NCBI GenBank assembly: GCA_013265495.1
Contig: MU058337.1
Coordinates: 5,002,716-5,066,715 of the forward strand
Origin: Vicugna vicugna
Lineage: Eukaryota
Direction of reading: 5' to 3'
Length of the DNA: 64,000 nucleotides
The notes beneath the pieces are model-generated. The model saw nothing but the letters and a program-made list of their open reading frames with translations. It was not told the DNA's origin and made no database searches. Positions within the stretch are counted from its first letter, which is position 1; every line of letters starts with the position of its first letter. Both the position numbers and the translations under genes were made by a program. Below, one piece after another: positions 37,001-49,630 of this stretch.

Positions 37001-40000
37001 CTAGGTCGCACATCAATTTCTGAATTTTGCCAATTATGATATTACAAAGGCTGCCTAACAAAGACCGGCATTTTAACAAATGGCCACTCTTAATGACCAT
37101 TCCTCCTTCCTTCGCTAGCGCAGAACAAATCCTTTCTGTAACAAAACAGGTTTCCACCCACTCTCATCTAGAGAAATCTCAGTGGAGACGGGCTACCAAC
37201 AGTGGTGCTCTGCTCCAGGAAGCTAGAAATTAGATAGAGAGATAAGACAAATAGCACCAAAAAAAAAAAAAAAAGTTTGCAGTGCTGGGTTGCTCTAAGG
37301 GTGAGATGAATGGAGCTTGCTCTCAGTGCTCTTCTTTCAGAAGGAAAGCCGTTTGCCTTATTCTGCTGTAGATCATCAGAATCATCAGTCCAGCTTGTTG
37401 GTTTAAAATAACTGTGGAGTTTGAGACTCAGGAATCAATGCATATTTTTTTCATTCTGTTGATCACTTTTTCCCTCCAAGCCTGACTCACGCTCTCCGAC
37501 AGCCTGTTGATGGGAAGGGCGGGGCACGCTCTGACACCTCCTCTGGCCAGCATTCGGACTCATACGTTGGGAACGTTGGGAAAGGTGTGCACTGACCTGG
37601 CCCTCAAGCTGAGCTGACTGGGGCCGAATGAGGAGCCTGCTCTTTTCTCACTGGCCTGGCTCTTTGACTGCTGATTCCAAGTGGGAGGAGTAGGGTGGGT
37701 TGTGAGGCTCCACACAGCACGGGAGCTGGGTACAAGGCGGGGACCCAGAAGCACAGCTTTAGAGCATGCTGCACGTGACCAGACCTCCACACAGATGTGC
37801 TTTGGAGAAGCGTGGGTTTTGTTCAGTGGCTACAATTTCCTTCAGCTCTTCTCGGTTTTCAGTGACTGTATCTGAGCGATGGCCTTCTACATTTCCAAGA
37901 GGTCAGCTTGAAAGCTGCCTTTTGCCAGCTGAGACCCGACACCTATCTGTAGAAATTGGGAAGGGACTTACTGTAATATCCCTGAACTGAAAGCAACGGA
38001 GTCCCTGAATGGCAAGCTCCGGGAAGAAATAAACTCTGATGATTATCTATGTGCTCCCTGCGCTGCCCTGAGAAAGACATCCTCGTAATCACGGCTTCAA
38101 GTTAAGATGTCCATAATAACACCAGGCGGTTTTCATTTTGGTGTTTCACAGAGCAACTCCCTTTCTGGAGCCCCATTCTAAGTGATAATATCTTTACATT
38201 CTGACTGATTAACCACCAAATGCAGTTAAATAACTAGCTTTCACTCAGAGAGAGAAATGATGCCTCTGATGTCCTGTCCCCACTGATAATAATGGAAAGC
38301 GCTGACGGCCCGAGACATCTTTTCGGGAGCCCTGTGTGTCATTTACATCTATGTTAGTGGACCTGCCCAATGTGTCATGCAAGGAAGGAAACAGAAGTTC
38401 AGGAGAGTCCCCGTGGCCTGGGCTGGTGTTTAATTTCAGAGAAGTATAGAATGCTTTCATGAACTTGCCTTGATTTGGGAAAAAACATTGCCATGTGATG
38501 TATCTTATAATTACTCTTAGAAATACAGTGTTTCGAATCGAGAAGTCTGTGTGTGTGTCCTGAGCATTCCAGTTCTCGTGCAGAGTTGGTAGCAACGAAT
38601 AATTGCAAAAGGCAAAGATACCTTTTCCCCTTGGCTCGGTGACTATTAATATCAAATGAAAGCACATGCTGGCATCAAGGGGAACGTGGCCTCTTTGCCT
38701 TTGCAATTTCATTTTACATTACCTGTAGACTTCCATGAAATCCTTTAGGCATAATTGCTGTTTCCCTCGTATCCTCATCCTCCCTCGAGACTTCACTCTT
38801 TGCTCTTCTGATCTACACAGAGGCAAGGAAATAAGTCTCAGTGCATCTCTTTTTTCCCCCCTAAGATGTGTTGCTTAAATGTAAGAGAAAACAACTTGGC
38901 AACTCTGACTCCTCCCTCCCTCCCCCAGCCACTCACAATTTCTTAGCTCTTCACAAGTGTGTTTTCTCCTTATGGAGAAGTTGATTTTGTTCCATTTATA
39001 AAAATAGCAGCTATTTAAACGGGAAAAGCTTTTCCTTATATCATCTTTGGGCCAAATGTTTTTCTAAAAACATATTTTTTTTTCCTAGCAGAGAAGACAG
39101 ATTCTAAGTGGATTCAAGGTTCTTCAGATCTCTGAGTTTTTTATGGGTTAGTGCTTTTGATAACTAAGACCACATAAGTACCAAAATATATTAATACAAA
39201 ATTGTATTTATTTCCTACATAGAGTTTTATATACTAATGTTTTTTAGGAAGAGGGGAGATGCAGCCAATATAAATCGTTGCTTAAACTGTTTTCTCTATT
39301 ACAGGGAAGCAGAAAGAGGATTTTGTAACCATTCTTTCCAGTCCTTTTTCAAGCTCATTCATCACCAAATTCTAAGTTTTTAGTTTCTCCAACTTATATC
39401 CAGAAACTTGTGGCTGGAGTGTGACCTTGAAGTTCAAAAGGCCACTCTCTTGCTCAGTGCATGATTCACTCTACCATCCATATTAGTCTCTGTTTAAACA
39501 TTTCCACCAATGATAGTATCAAAGTGTGACGGAGGCAGGTGTGAGGGTGGGAGAAGGCAGGACTTCAGAGCCAACATAGTCTTCTTTAGGCCCTTTGGGC
39601 ACAAAAAATACACGTAAAAGCCAAGTAAACGCTGAGCTTACTGTGTGATGGATTGGGTTTGTTCAGGATGGCTCTCTCCAACCTGACCCAACTCTACCCT
39701 ACCCTGCCCCTGCACTGAGAAATCCTGAAGTCTCGAATGATTTCCAGTGATGGAAGAATATGGAATACATTCTAATCATTACACATTGTCCTTACATTAA
39801 AACACACCTGCCCGGCCAGTTGGCCCCTGGTCTTCTCCTCTGGAGCAATATGCAAAAGTGGGTCCAGTCTCTTTTTAATACAATACTTCTTCAATTGTGT
39901 GGAGGCAACTATAACATCCCAGTAATCTTAGATTTTCCAGGCTAAATTGTTTGTTTCTTTAAGCATCATTGGTAGCATTTATCAAGAACAGTAGTGACCA

Positions 40001-40004
40001 CCTA

Positions 40005-40355
40005 TTTATTTATAGCACTTTGGAGGTTCCAAAGCACTCCCACCTACTTTTCTATTTCACATGTGCGGCAACAACTGTAGGTTCCTAATTTTACAAATGA
40101 GGAAACCAGTCTTCAGAAAGGATGTCACAGACCTTAATAATTGATTCAACAAGTACTTACCGAGTGCCTAATCTCTGCCAGGCACAGTGCAAAATCCTGG
40201 GATGTTGGAGGGAATAAAACAAATGTGATGCCATCCCTGTACTTCATATAATCTAGTGGGGATGGCACACATTTACAAAATCACTATAGCTGTTACTCAG
40301 ACAACAGTCACAGTTGTGACACAGTTAGGACTTGAGCACAAGTCTTCTGCCTCCA
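40005..40355 (-). mobile_element. MIR interrupted by an L2 3' fragment (~40140-40290)
   Basis: attttacaaatgaggaaacc (MIR); attcaacaagtacttaccgagtgcct...gccaggcacagtgc (L2); taggacttgagcacaagtcttctgcctcc (MIR). Confidence 0.65.
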
Positions 40356-40764
40356 GAAAAATTCAGTAGAACTATTGCCTTCATTCAAGTGGACATTCAT
40401 TTGTATTAATGAATTCCGCTTAGTCTTCCTGGCAACTGGTCTTTTTGGCATGAGCTCTTTTGAAGACTGAGCCTCTCTATTCTGTAAGTATACAGTTGGG
40501 TGGTGTCTACTCAGGTCTGATCAACGTAAAGGAGACCTTTACATCAATTTCTATCAAATTTTCCTTTGCCATTTTTTCCTGTCATCCTAACTTGCCAACA
40601 AACTTTTGAACCCTTATTTAATCATCTCTAGCATATTAGCTCTTTCTCTCCATCTGTGTTTATCTGCAAGTTTTATGAAATTGTTGTGCAATTAGCAAAA
40701 AAATGTCCACCAGTGCTTGTGTGAAAGAGCGCACCTACATTTGTCATTAGCTGCAAATTAGATT

Positions 40765-40895
40765 GCCTATCAGCTAGGTGACCTTGGGCACATAGCTTCC
40801 CCTCGCAGAGCATCTGATTACTCACCTGTGAAATGAAGAAACTGGGCTGAGGAATGTCGAAAAGGATTTCCCTGTATTAAAAGTTTTATGATCCA
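40765..40895 (+). mobile_element. MIR fragment
   Basis: agctaggtgaccttgggcacatag...ctcacctgtgaaatgaaga. Confidence 0.65.
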
Positions 40896-43559
40896 ATGTG
40901 TTTTAAAGTGTTATGCTGAGTTTTAAATCTTTTTCTTCTGGTGTGGTAAAAAGGAAACGCAGAGCATGTATCCATATGAACTGATGGGCATCGCTTCCTC
41001 CTCCACTAATGAAAGAAAGCAAATTCGCAAACACTGGCCTAAAAGACATACAAAATGACCAAAGTGTAATAGTTACCAAACCTTGCCTTAATCCAAGACA
41101 ATGGCTTTGTGAAGCCCCCAGTAGTCTCTTCTACTGTCTTAAAAAAAAAAAATTAGAAACCGACAATGAATAAACATTATAAAAACTAAACCCAATTAGT
41201 TATTTAAGAATAGTCTGTAATTTGGGGTCTTTGGTGAGTCCCCTTTCCCCTCCCCTTACACAGGAAAATTATCTTTGATTCTACAAACGGTACCCCTCAC
41301 AGGCTTCTTTTTAAAATCTGCCTAATAAAAGGAATTCTTAGTTTCTAACTCTAACCTAATGCTATTTATTTATGTCTTGTAATTTGTGGATTCTTTTTTC
41401 TTAACATTGCTTCGGTAAGTCACATAATGTATCTGTTTTACATTAGCCCTATTTTGGTTGCAATATGTGCTCCAATCTTTTCCTGTCATTATCTTAAACT
41501 TGCTAATTAGAGAGAATTCAAATTTAATTAATAGAAAATGTCACCACTTTCAGCCAGGGATAAATGGGAAGTCATTACAGAAACCAAAGCCTTTCTATCC
41601 TGAGGGAAGAGAAAATAAAGACGGCGCCCACCCCAGCATGTGATGAGTAATCTGTAACGTGGGGAGTTCTGTCCTGCTACTGTGGTTTAGAGACACTATT
41701 CAGACTGCATGTCTTATGTTGAGCAATATTATTTTTCCATTCAAAGATGACTTTGTGATAATTATATGAAACTGTGGTGGACTAATTAACAAATAACAAT
41801 GAATTAGCTGCTAGATTGTGCAACTAAAAAATTCTTCTCGCACTCAGCAGTTACTCAGTTCTTCGAAGACGTCTCATAATATAGCTAAGCCGTTTCTGGT
41901 CTAAGAGCTTCCCCGGTGTCCTCATCCACACAGCAGTCCATGCCCTATTCGAATAACGTCTTTTCTTTCTTGGGACTATGGATGCTGCTGAATTCAAATG
42001 TAGTACTTCTTATTTACTGCATTTCATTGAAATGTATCAAAGGCAGGCATCAGATAATACTTGATAGCACTACTTTTTAATAAATGTATGTGTAAAGGCA
42101 AGATGGTACAAGTACTTAGCAATTTAAGAGTTTTTAAAGTTGATTCCCTTTAAGTTATGTATATTCTTATTTTGAAAATCATTAAAATATGTTTTGAAAA
42201 CAGAAGTTAAAACCAAATATGTAGAATCCCTAGAGTTTCACAAAACTCAAACTGAAAAACTTTTCAGAGTTTACAGGTAACTGTCGGCCCATTGCTTAAA
42301 TTCACAGCACAGAGATTTGGGCTACCTGTTAAATACTGGGGACCAAATAAATATTTAGTACTACAACAACCCTGATTGAGTAAAAAGCAAGATGTTTATC
42401 TGTCTAGAGTCCAAAATTCTAAGTAAATATAATTTCAGTGAAGCTCTGTAGGTCATGCCAAGTTTTTATTTTGGTGAGGTGAATAGGCTTCCTACTTAGT
42501 AAAATTGGCTTACATGAATGATAATTATCTACTAATGCTTTTATGTTGATTTTTAGCCTAACTGTAACAAGAAGAAATCTCTTCTTTCAGGTCAATACTT
42601 GAAAAAAAGGGTCATTTATCACATTAAATAATTAAAGCCTTGCAACATGCCAAATTAACCTTTCATCATGTGTCTTATTAGCCTCAAAGTATTTGCTGAG
42701 GCTTTCTTAAACCCTCTTTGTGCATTGTGCCTTGCGCATGCAGAGACAGAATGCTAATGCACCATGTATGCTAATGAAATGCCTGCTGAAGTTAAGCCTG
42801 TAGACACTTGAGTCTTTTAAAACACGGTGAAGTATGAAGATTCAAGCCGATTTGCACCAAAACATCCTTCTTCACTATAGATATGTTGAGACAAATTCCA
42901 TAGACCCAACAACTGTCAAATTGGCAGTTTGAAAATACTTTCGATGCATGGTTTTCATTTTCAGGTGGTTTTAAATCTGTGTCTGTTTCCTGCTGTTTGT
43001 TGTATATTTCCCCAGTAAGTTCCTTGATAGTGAGTTCTATATCATTATTGGATTCCACATTTAAATTTAAATCCACACTTAAAGATGTAAAAAAGGCAAT
43101 ATAGTCATTTCTAGAAAAACACATTTGGTAACAAAAGTGACCATTTTTCTCTTCTGTTTAATTGCTAACTCTGGAGAGGTTTGTCCCAAATGGGCAGCAT
43201 GGTGATAATAGTTTTATTATTGTTTTTAAATTTCCACCCTTTATTTCTGTTCCTCTGTGAGGACCACTCCCCCTGCCTCCAGCTGGTGGTCAGCCCTGTC
43301 TCCAAATCAATGATAATGCTGTCTCTCTGATTCAGGTCACATTCCATTTTGTGTTTGTTTCTACCTTCCCCAGTTTCTACTGAAATCATATTGGGGTAAA
43401 ATATTGCGTAAGTTTATAATACATATTTAATAAAACCTAAACATAAACTTAGAGCTTATTCTTGAATTTTTATTTTTATTTTCAATGTAGTGCCTTCAGG
43501 GGGTCATTTAACATCCTTTGTTACAGCATATGTGTTTCCAAGAAAGCCTTGCTCTATAT

Positions 43560-43737
43560 CAGTGGTTTTCAACTAGGCTGCATTTCTGAAACTCTGGGGA
43601 GCTTTGAAAAAAAAAGTATGACCTAGTATCACACCAGACCAATTAAATCAGAATCTCCAGGGGCCAGGCTTCTGGCATCGGTATTTAAAACAGCTCCCCA
43701 GGTGATTCTCAAATGCAGTGATGGTGGCAAACCATGG
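43560..43737. mobile_element. MER5A-like hAT-Charlie element
   Basis: cagtggttttcaa...accaattaaatcagaatctcc...gctccccaggtgattctc...aaaccatgg with imperfect terminal inverted repeats. Confidence 0.9.
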
Positions 43738-44004
43738 CTCCATCCCATACAACAGGTTGCCTCCTTATACATTTTAATCATAGTGTTCATTAATTCGTCA
43801 TCACGGAAGTGCTAGGAAAGTTTTTGGATTGCGGTCTTTTGGGCTACTTGGGAAGAACTCTTATTTTACTTTCTGTTGATATAAGTTGAGGATAAACAGA
43901 CAAAAATTCCAGGAAAGTGGTAGATGGCATTTCCATTAGTAAAATAAGAAGTGTCATACATAATAATCGGAAGTGTTTCCTTTTTATTCAGAGTATTTCC
44001 CTAT

Positions 44005-44162
44005 AAGAATGTCAATGTGATTTGACTTGGAAGCAAGCTCTTTGCAGACATAATTAGTTTTAAGTTAAATTTAGGTCACTCTGGATTCGGGCAAGCCCTA
44101 AATACGATTGACACGTGAAGACACAGACACACACAGAGTGGAGAAGGCCATGTGAAGATGCT
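44005..44162 (+). mobile_element. MaLR MLT1 LTR fragment
   Basis: aatgtgatttgacttggaa...ctctttgcagacataatt...gccctaaat...gaaggccatgtgaagatg. Confidence 0.7.
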
Positions 44163-45399
44163 ATACTTTTTTTTTTCCAAAGCTCCCCAGAGTTTCAGAA
44201 ATGTACATGCACCACCTTGACTTGGTGGACCTCTTGCAATTATTTTTTCAGTATTGGCATTTCTTACCCATATTGACTGTCCTACACTTGAAATGTACTA
44301 TGCCAGCCAGTACGTTTCTGGTTATTAAAAAGAAGAAAGATCTGGATTCATGACTATCGAGACCTGTTTTTGCAATTACGGAGCCTCAGATTTTTGGAAA
44401 TATAACCTCCATCGATTTGCTTAAGAAATAAAAGGCTTCTATATTTACACAATAGGTCTTTGTTTTAAATGCTGATCCATCAATGTGATCTTCAGTTCCA
44501 CAACTGAGGAATGTGCAGGATGAAGTATTTACTCAGCAAACAGAAATTCTATCAGGGGAAGAGTGGGAATGTTTAACACAGACCAAGTCCGAAGCTTTCA
44601 CCTCATCAGGCAGCCGACCTGCAGGTGTTAGTGGAAGCTGTCCTTGCCTTTCAGCACAGTTTGAGGGTTGACAGCAAAGCATCTTTTTATCGCTGTTGTC
44701 CTAATCTACGGCAGTGGTCCCCTGACTGACATTTTCAGTTGTTGCGTCCTGCCATGTAGAGGCTTCATGGATTTACAGCTTTGGCCAAGTATGGTTCTGC
44801 ACTTAATTGGCATAGTTGGACATTCAGAAAATTACTTCTCTTTTTTTTTCTTCTATATGAGTATCTTAGTAATCAAGTCAATTTCATTAAGTCAGATTTC
44901 CTACAACTGAAATAGGAAGCAAGGAGGGAAAAGAATCGACTTAGCAGAAGGGATGCTTGTGCCAGAAGCATGGTACTATCCTGTGGTCTACTGTTTCATC
45001 ACACTGATCCAAGCTCTCATATATGGGCTGCAGACTGGATGAACCAATCCAAAATGGAACCGTGAGAGCTGCTGGCTCACAGAATGCCGATTATATATTG
45101 TGTGTATGAAGCATCACGTTATGGCAGACACGTAGAGAATTCAGATGAGGGGAGTTACTGTCTGTGAGTCTTATACTGAGCGCAGTGGCATCACTGTCAC
45201 TTAATGGTATATTAAAATGCTAATTCTCATTCAAGGTAAGTAAACTCCATATAAACAATTTAAAAATGTAGAATCAGTTGCCTTAAAAAACTTGAAATTA
45301 TGGGGAAAAAATTAAGTACTTTGAACGTTGGCTGGATTCCTTTACTTCACCACCTCCACCTTTTGCCCATTTCATTTGTAAATAGTGACATGAACTTCA

Positions 45400-45586
45400 G
45401 AGCAGTTAGTAACCTAGGGCGATTCTGCCTGCCAGGCACTGTTTGGAGATACTTCTGTTTGTCACAGTTTGAAGAGGGTGCTGATGGCATCTCATGGGAG
45501 GCCAGGGATGCTGCTAAACACCCTGGCACACAGAGGACAGCCCCCACAGCGAAGAAGTGTCTAGTGGAAATGTCAACAGTGCTTTA
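45400..45586. mobile_element. MER20 hAT-Charlie element
   Basis: gggcgattctgcc...ttgtcaca...tggcatctc...gaggccagggatgctgctaaacacc...acagcccccacag...aatgtcaacagtgc. Confidence 0.9.
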
Positions 45587-45769
45587 GAATAATCAGGGAA
45601 GGGGAGAAGGAAGAAACTGGCTCTCAGGCTAGTCAGTCCCACTGCATTGTTTCTCACTTGCGGGCTGGAGGACTGTTCCACACCAGCAGCAAAGATGGGG
45701 TTAGGAGATCACCCGTGAGTTTCAATTTCCTGCCACATTCAAGATAATCAAGATAATCAAGAGCTTAAC

Positions 45770-45965
45770 TGCGGTAATTTGCTTGACAATTAAAAAACAC
45801 TCTTTCTCACCCATTATCACATTTGATCTTCACAGTTCTGTGAAGTACTGGGGGCAGGTCCTAAAATTGTCTCATGCAGATTAGAGAATAGAAGCTTGGA
45901 GACAGCTTGGAGACTCACTAAGGGGAGAGGGTACAGTCAGTGGGAGCAGGCCCTGGGTTCAAGCA
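45770..45965 (-). mobile_element. Degenerate MIR
   Basis: cattatcacatttgatcttcacag...tgcagattagagaatagaagc...gactcactaagg. Confidence 0.5.
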
Positions 45966-48504
45966 ACAGGAGAGTGTGTTGTCGGCAGAGAATTAAGAAA
46001 TAGTAATAATGAAACCAACTGAAATTGACTCTGCTTTGTATTACCTTTCTAAACACCGTCAGTGAGGAAACACTCTTTCCCATGAGACAGACCTCTCCCA
46101 GCCCGGCCACCACCTTGGTCTGGCGCTGCTTTGGGAAGCTGAGTACCTTACCCCAAATTAAAACTAGAGAGGGGACAGGAGTGCACAGGAATGGGATCTG
46201 AGTTCTCTAGACCCAAAGCTCCTTCGCCACCCTAGTCTAGATCTTATCACTGAAGCATTATTACCTTTTCAGGTAAAGAAGAACTAAGCACTTAAAATAC
46301 TGTTAAATCTCAGTAGTTGGGGCAGATTTCGTGTTCATAGAGGTACACTGAGTCCAGCTAGATCAACTAACGTTTTTCTACAAATCAATGATCTAGAAGA
46401 CTTCCTGCCTTTCTGCTGGCCTTACCACTGCTGGGGACAATTAGCTGGGGAATTTTATGAGTCTTCTCTTGTCACAGGTAAAATAATGCGTTATAACTGT
46501 AATCACAGGTCTCTGCACTGTTCTCACAAATTCCAACACCCTTCCCCCAAACTCATTAGGCCACATGCTCTTATTTCTGCTCATCTTACAAACTTCCAAC
46601 ATACTCAGTGCCCTATATTTGGCTTTCTTCTTGATGAGAGGGGAACTGGCAGTTGGTAGTCTGAAAGAGAGCCCCTGACATGTTCGCGATGGGACGGAAG
46701 GCTAGAAGCTGGAGTTGGGGGTGTGTTTGGCGCAGCACTAAAAGATACTCCCTGCAGCTCTGGGAGCAGCCTGCCAAAATACAGCTCCTTGACTAGCAGG
46801 AAAATGTTCCTCAGGGCAAGAGGGAAAATATGACAAGGCGGGAGGTGGGATTTGACATGATACGATTGGGAAAATGAAATGTGACAATTGCTAATACCTT
46901 GCAGTTCAATGAAAACTGGCACATTTCAGGTTCCCAACAGGTATTTAAGTGTATAGATATTAAAGTGTAAAGAAAAGTGTCAAAATTACGTTGACTGCAG
47001 GGTTCTCTCCACTGAACTAGGGGTGCCTTTACGACAGTGCCTTACGAGCCAGCTGTTTGGTTTTGTCATTTTCTAATTTCTTCCCCCATGTTGTGTAATC
47101 ACACTGACGAACAGCAGCTGGCTGAATTGGTATCATATTTATGTGTGTTACTTAAGGTTATATTTCTTGTTAGTCTTTCAATAAATAGCTTAAAGCACAC
47201 GGAGTGAAAGGGGGCGATGATGGCTGCATTTACTTTACTTGAGGGTAGTGCTCCAACAGAAGCCGTTTTGGTATAATAAATTAGTCAGTTTATTGGTTAG
47301 AATATCACATTCGGTCTGAAAGTCTGGATTTTTCACAATGGGATCAGAAGAGTTGACTGAAAATTTATCCAGCTGAAGGCAGATACCACTAATTTCATAT
47401 TAGGGCATGCTGTTTCAAAACATCGCATTACTGCATGAGATTTAATGCAGCGATCTGTAACTTAACTCTCTTTCAAGTGAGCACGCATCTCTACAAGCCC
47501 TTTCAAAACATGTTTAAGAGTGCAATTAGGGATCAGACCTATGGTTTGGGTTTTGGCTTCATCAGCTTTGAGTCTTGCAACCTACAGTACAGTAAGGTAC
47601 CCGGTGTTTTTTCCTACACAGCCCATCACTACATCCTGTTTGTGTTTTCATAACGTCGACTGAAATGAGCAGAATCAAAAGGACTGGAGTTAGCTGCTTT
47701 CTCTCCAGGTCTAACTCCTTGCCAGTATTTCTCTCTCTGTGACTTTCCTGTCAGCTTATTTCCCCAGAGATGGGAGCCTTTAATTGTGATTTCAAGCCTT
47801 TAGGTTGTGAACTGAATATTTGCTCATCCCTTTGCTGTCAGTGAGGAAGAGAGAGGTTTTTCATTGTTGTGAACTTGCCCAAGAAACCTAAGTGAGCGGG
47901 CGTCTGCCCTTGGCCTTCCTGCAGGGCTCAGAAAGCCAAAGGGCTCTTGATTGAGTGACCTCCTTGTCAGAGGGGTTCCCGGCTTCGACCTCTCTGCTGG
48001 CTGCCAAGCGACAGGCACTAGGCACTTCGGACTTTAAAATATCCCGAAGTACAACCTAGACTGGTATGACATTCTCTTTAGAGTTTTACAGCTAGAAAAT
48101 CTCTCTGTATGTAAATGAGAGTGGAGGATTTGATTTATGGTTTCCCCTACATGATCTTTGATTTATTTGGAGATTCAGAAAATGTATTGTTTGAGTCAAA
48201 AGTTATTTTTTACATAGGTTAAGCACAGAATCACACAGCATTATTTTATTGTTTTCTATAACAAAAGTCCCTAATTTAAGGCCTTTGGCTTTATAACCTT
48301 TGTTAATAAAAGTATTGGAAAAGGAATGTACCTAATTTATATTTTAGCCTGAAAAGTAAGATTACTATATTACAGTTTTATCTGCCTAAGTTCGTAATAA
48401 GAGATTTGGGTGAAGTAATACTATTTTTTTTTATCCTTCAAGACAATAACTAATTATATAAAGTATCCAGCATGCTGAACTTAAAATTCAAAAAAATGCT
48501 TTGT

Positions 48505-49020
48505 AATTTATTCAACAAATCCTCCTTGAATGTTTACTGTATGCTAAGGACTGTTCTAAATGTTGAGGATACCAGCAAATAAATCAAAGTCACTGCTCCT
48601 TTGAAACTTAAATTCTAATGGAAAGAGACAGTTAATAAACAAATAAAAAAAAACACAGTGGGTATTGACAAGAGAAAAATAAATCAATGTGCGCCAGATG
48701 GGGCCTGTCAGGTGTGAGGAGAGGGGTCTATCTTAAAAAATGTGATTCTGAGAACTCCGCTAATAAGGGGATATTTGAGCAGAGACATGAGGAAAGTGAG
48801 GGAGAAATGTGGGTCTTGTGGATACGAGGGGAAGAGCATTCCTGGCAGAAAAAAAGAGCAAATGCAAAGGCCCTGTGGTAGAAAGTCCTTGGAATGGAGG
48901 AAGAAGTAGAAAGAGGTCTTTGGCCTCAGGAGACCAACATGGCTGGAGGAGGCTAAGTGAGAAGGATTTGGCTCAAGGACAGGTCAGGGAATTAGCAGGG
49001 CTCTAGATGATCTAGAACCT
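48505..49020 (-). mobile_element. L2 3' region
   Basis: atttattcaacaaat...actgttctaaatgttgaggatacc...atatttgagcagagacatga...gagcattcctggcaga...gcaaatgcaaaggccctgtgg. Confidence 0.8.
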
Positions 49021-49244
49021 TATATTAATTCCTAGTGAATGGAATTTAATGAAAAATTTTTAGCAGTTTAAGTAAAATCAAGCTTATAAATGGTATTTCA
49101 TGGAGACTGATTATGATAATACAAATGAAAGACTAACATTTTTAAATGAAACAAATTAAAGTGGTAATTTGTTAAAATAGGCATAATTTTGCTTCTTTTG
49201 ATATTAAAAAGGTAGAGTCATCGAAAGAGAGCCCAGAGGCCACG

Positions 49245-49630
49245 TGTCCTCGTCAGCTTGGGCTGCTACAACAACATACCACAGACTGGGTGACTTAAAC
49301 AATGGACTTTTATTTCTTACAGTTCTCGAGGCCAGAAGTCTGAGATCAGGGTGTTGGCAGGGTGGGTTTCTGGTGAAATCTCCCTTCCTGGCTACTCAAT
49401 GTGTCCTAACGTGGCCTTTCCTCAGTGTCTGTGCATGCACAGAAAGAGAGCTCTTATGTCTCTCCCTTCTTTTATAAGGGCACTAATCACATCATGAAGG
49501 CCCCACACTCATGACCTCGTCTAAACCTAATGACTTCCCAAAGGCTGCACCGCCAAATACCAGCACGTTAGGGATCAGGACGTCAATATATGAATTTGGG
49601 GTGGAGGTGGACAAATGTTCACCTGTAACA
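49245..49630 (-). mobile_element. MaLR MLT1A-like solo LTR
   Basis: tgtcctcgtcagcttgggctgctacaaca...cagactgggtgacttaaac...taagggcactaatc...tgtaaca; TG...CA ends; 5-bp TSD ccacg/ccacc with one mismatch. Confidence 0.9.

Noticed and set aside
38245..38712. 155-aa minus-strand ORF
   Set aside because: No recognisable homology or exon boundaries; this length is attainable by chance in 64 kb
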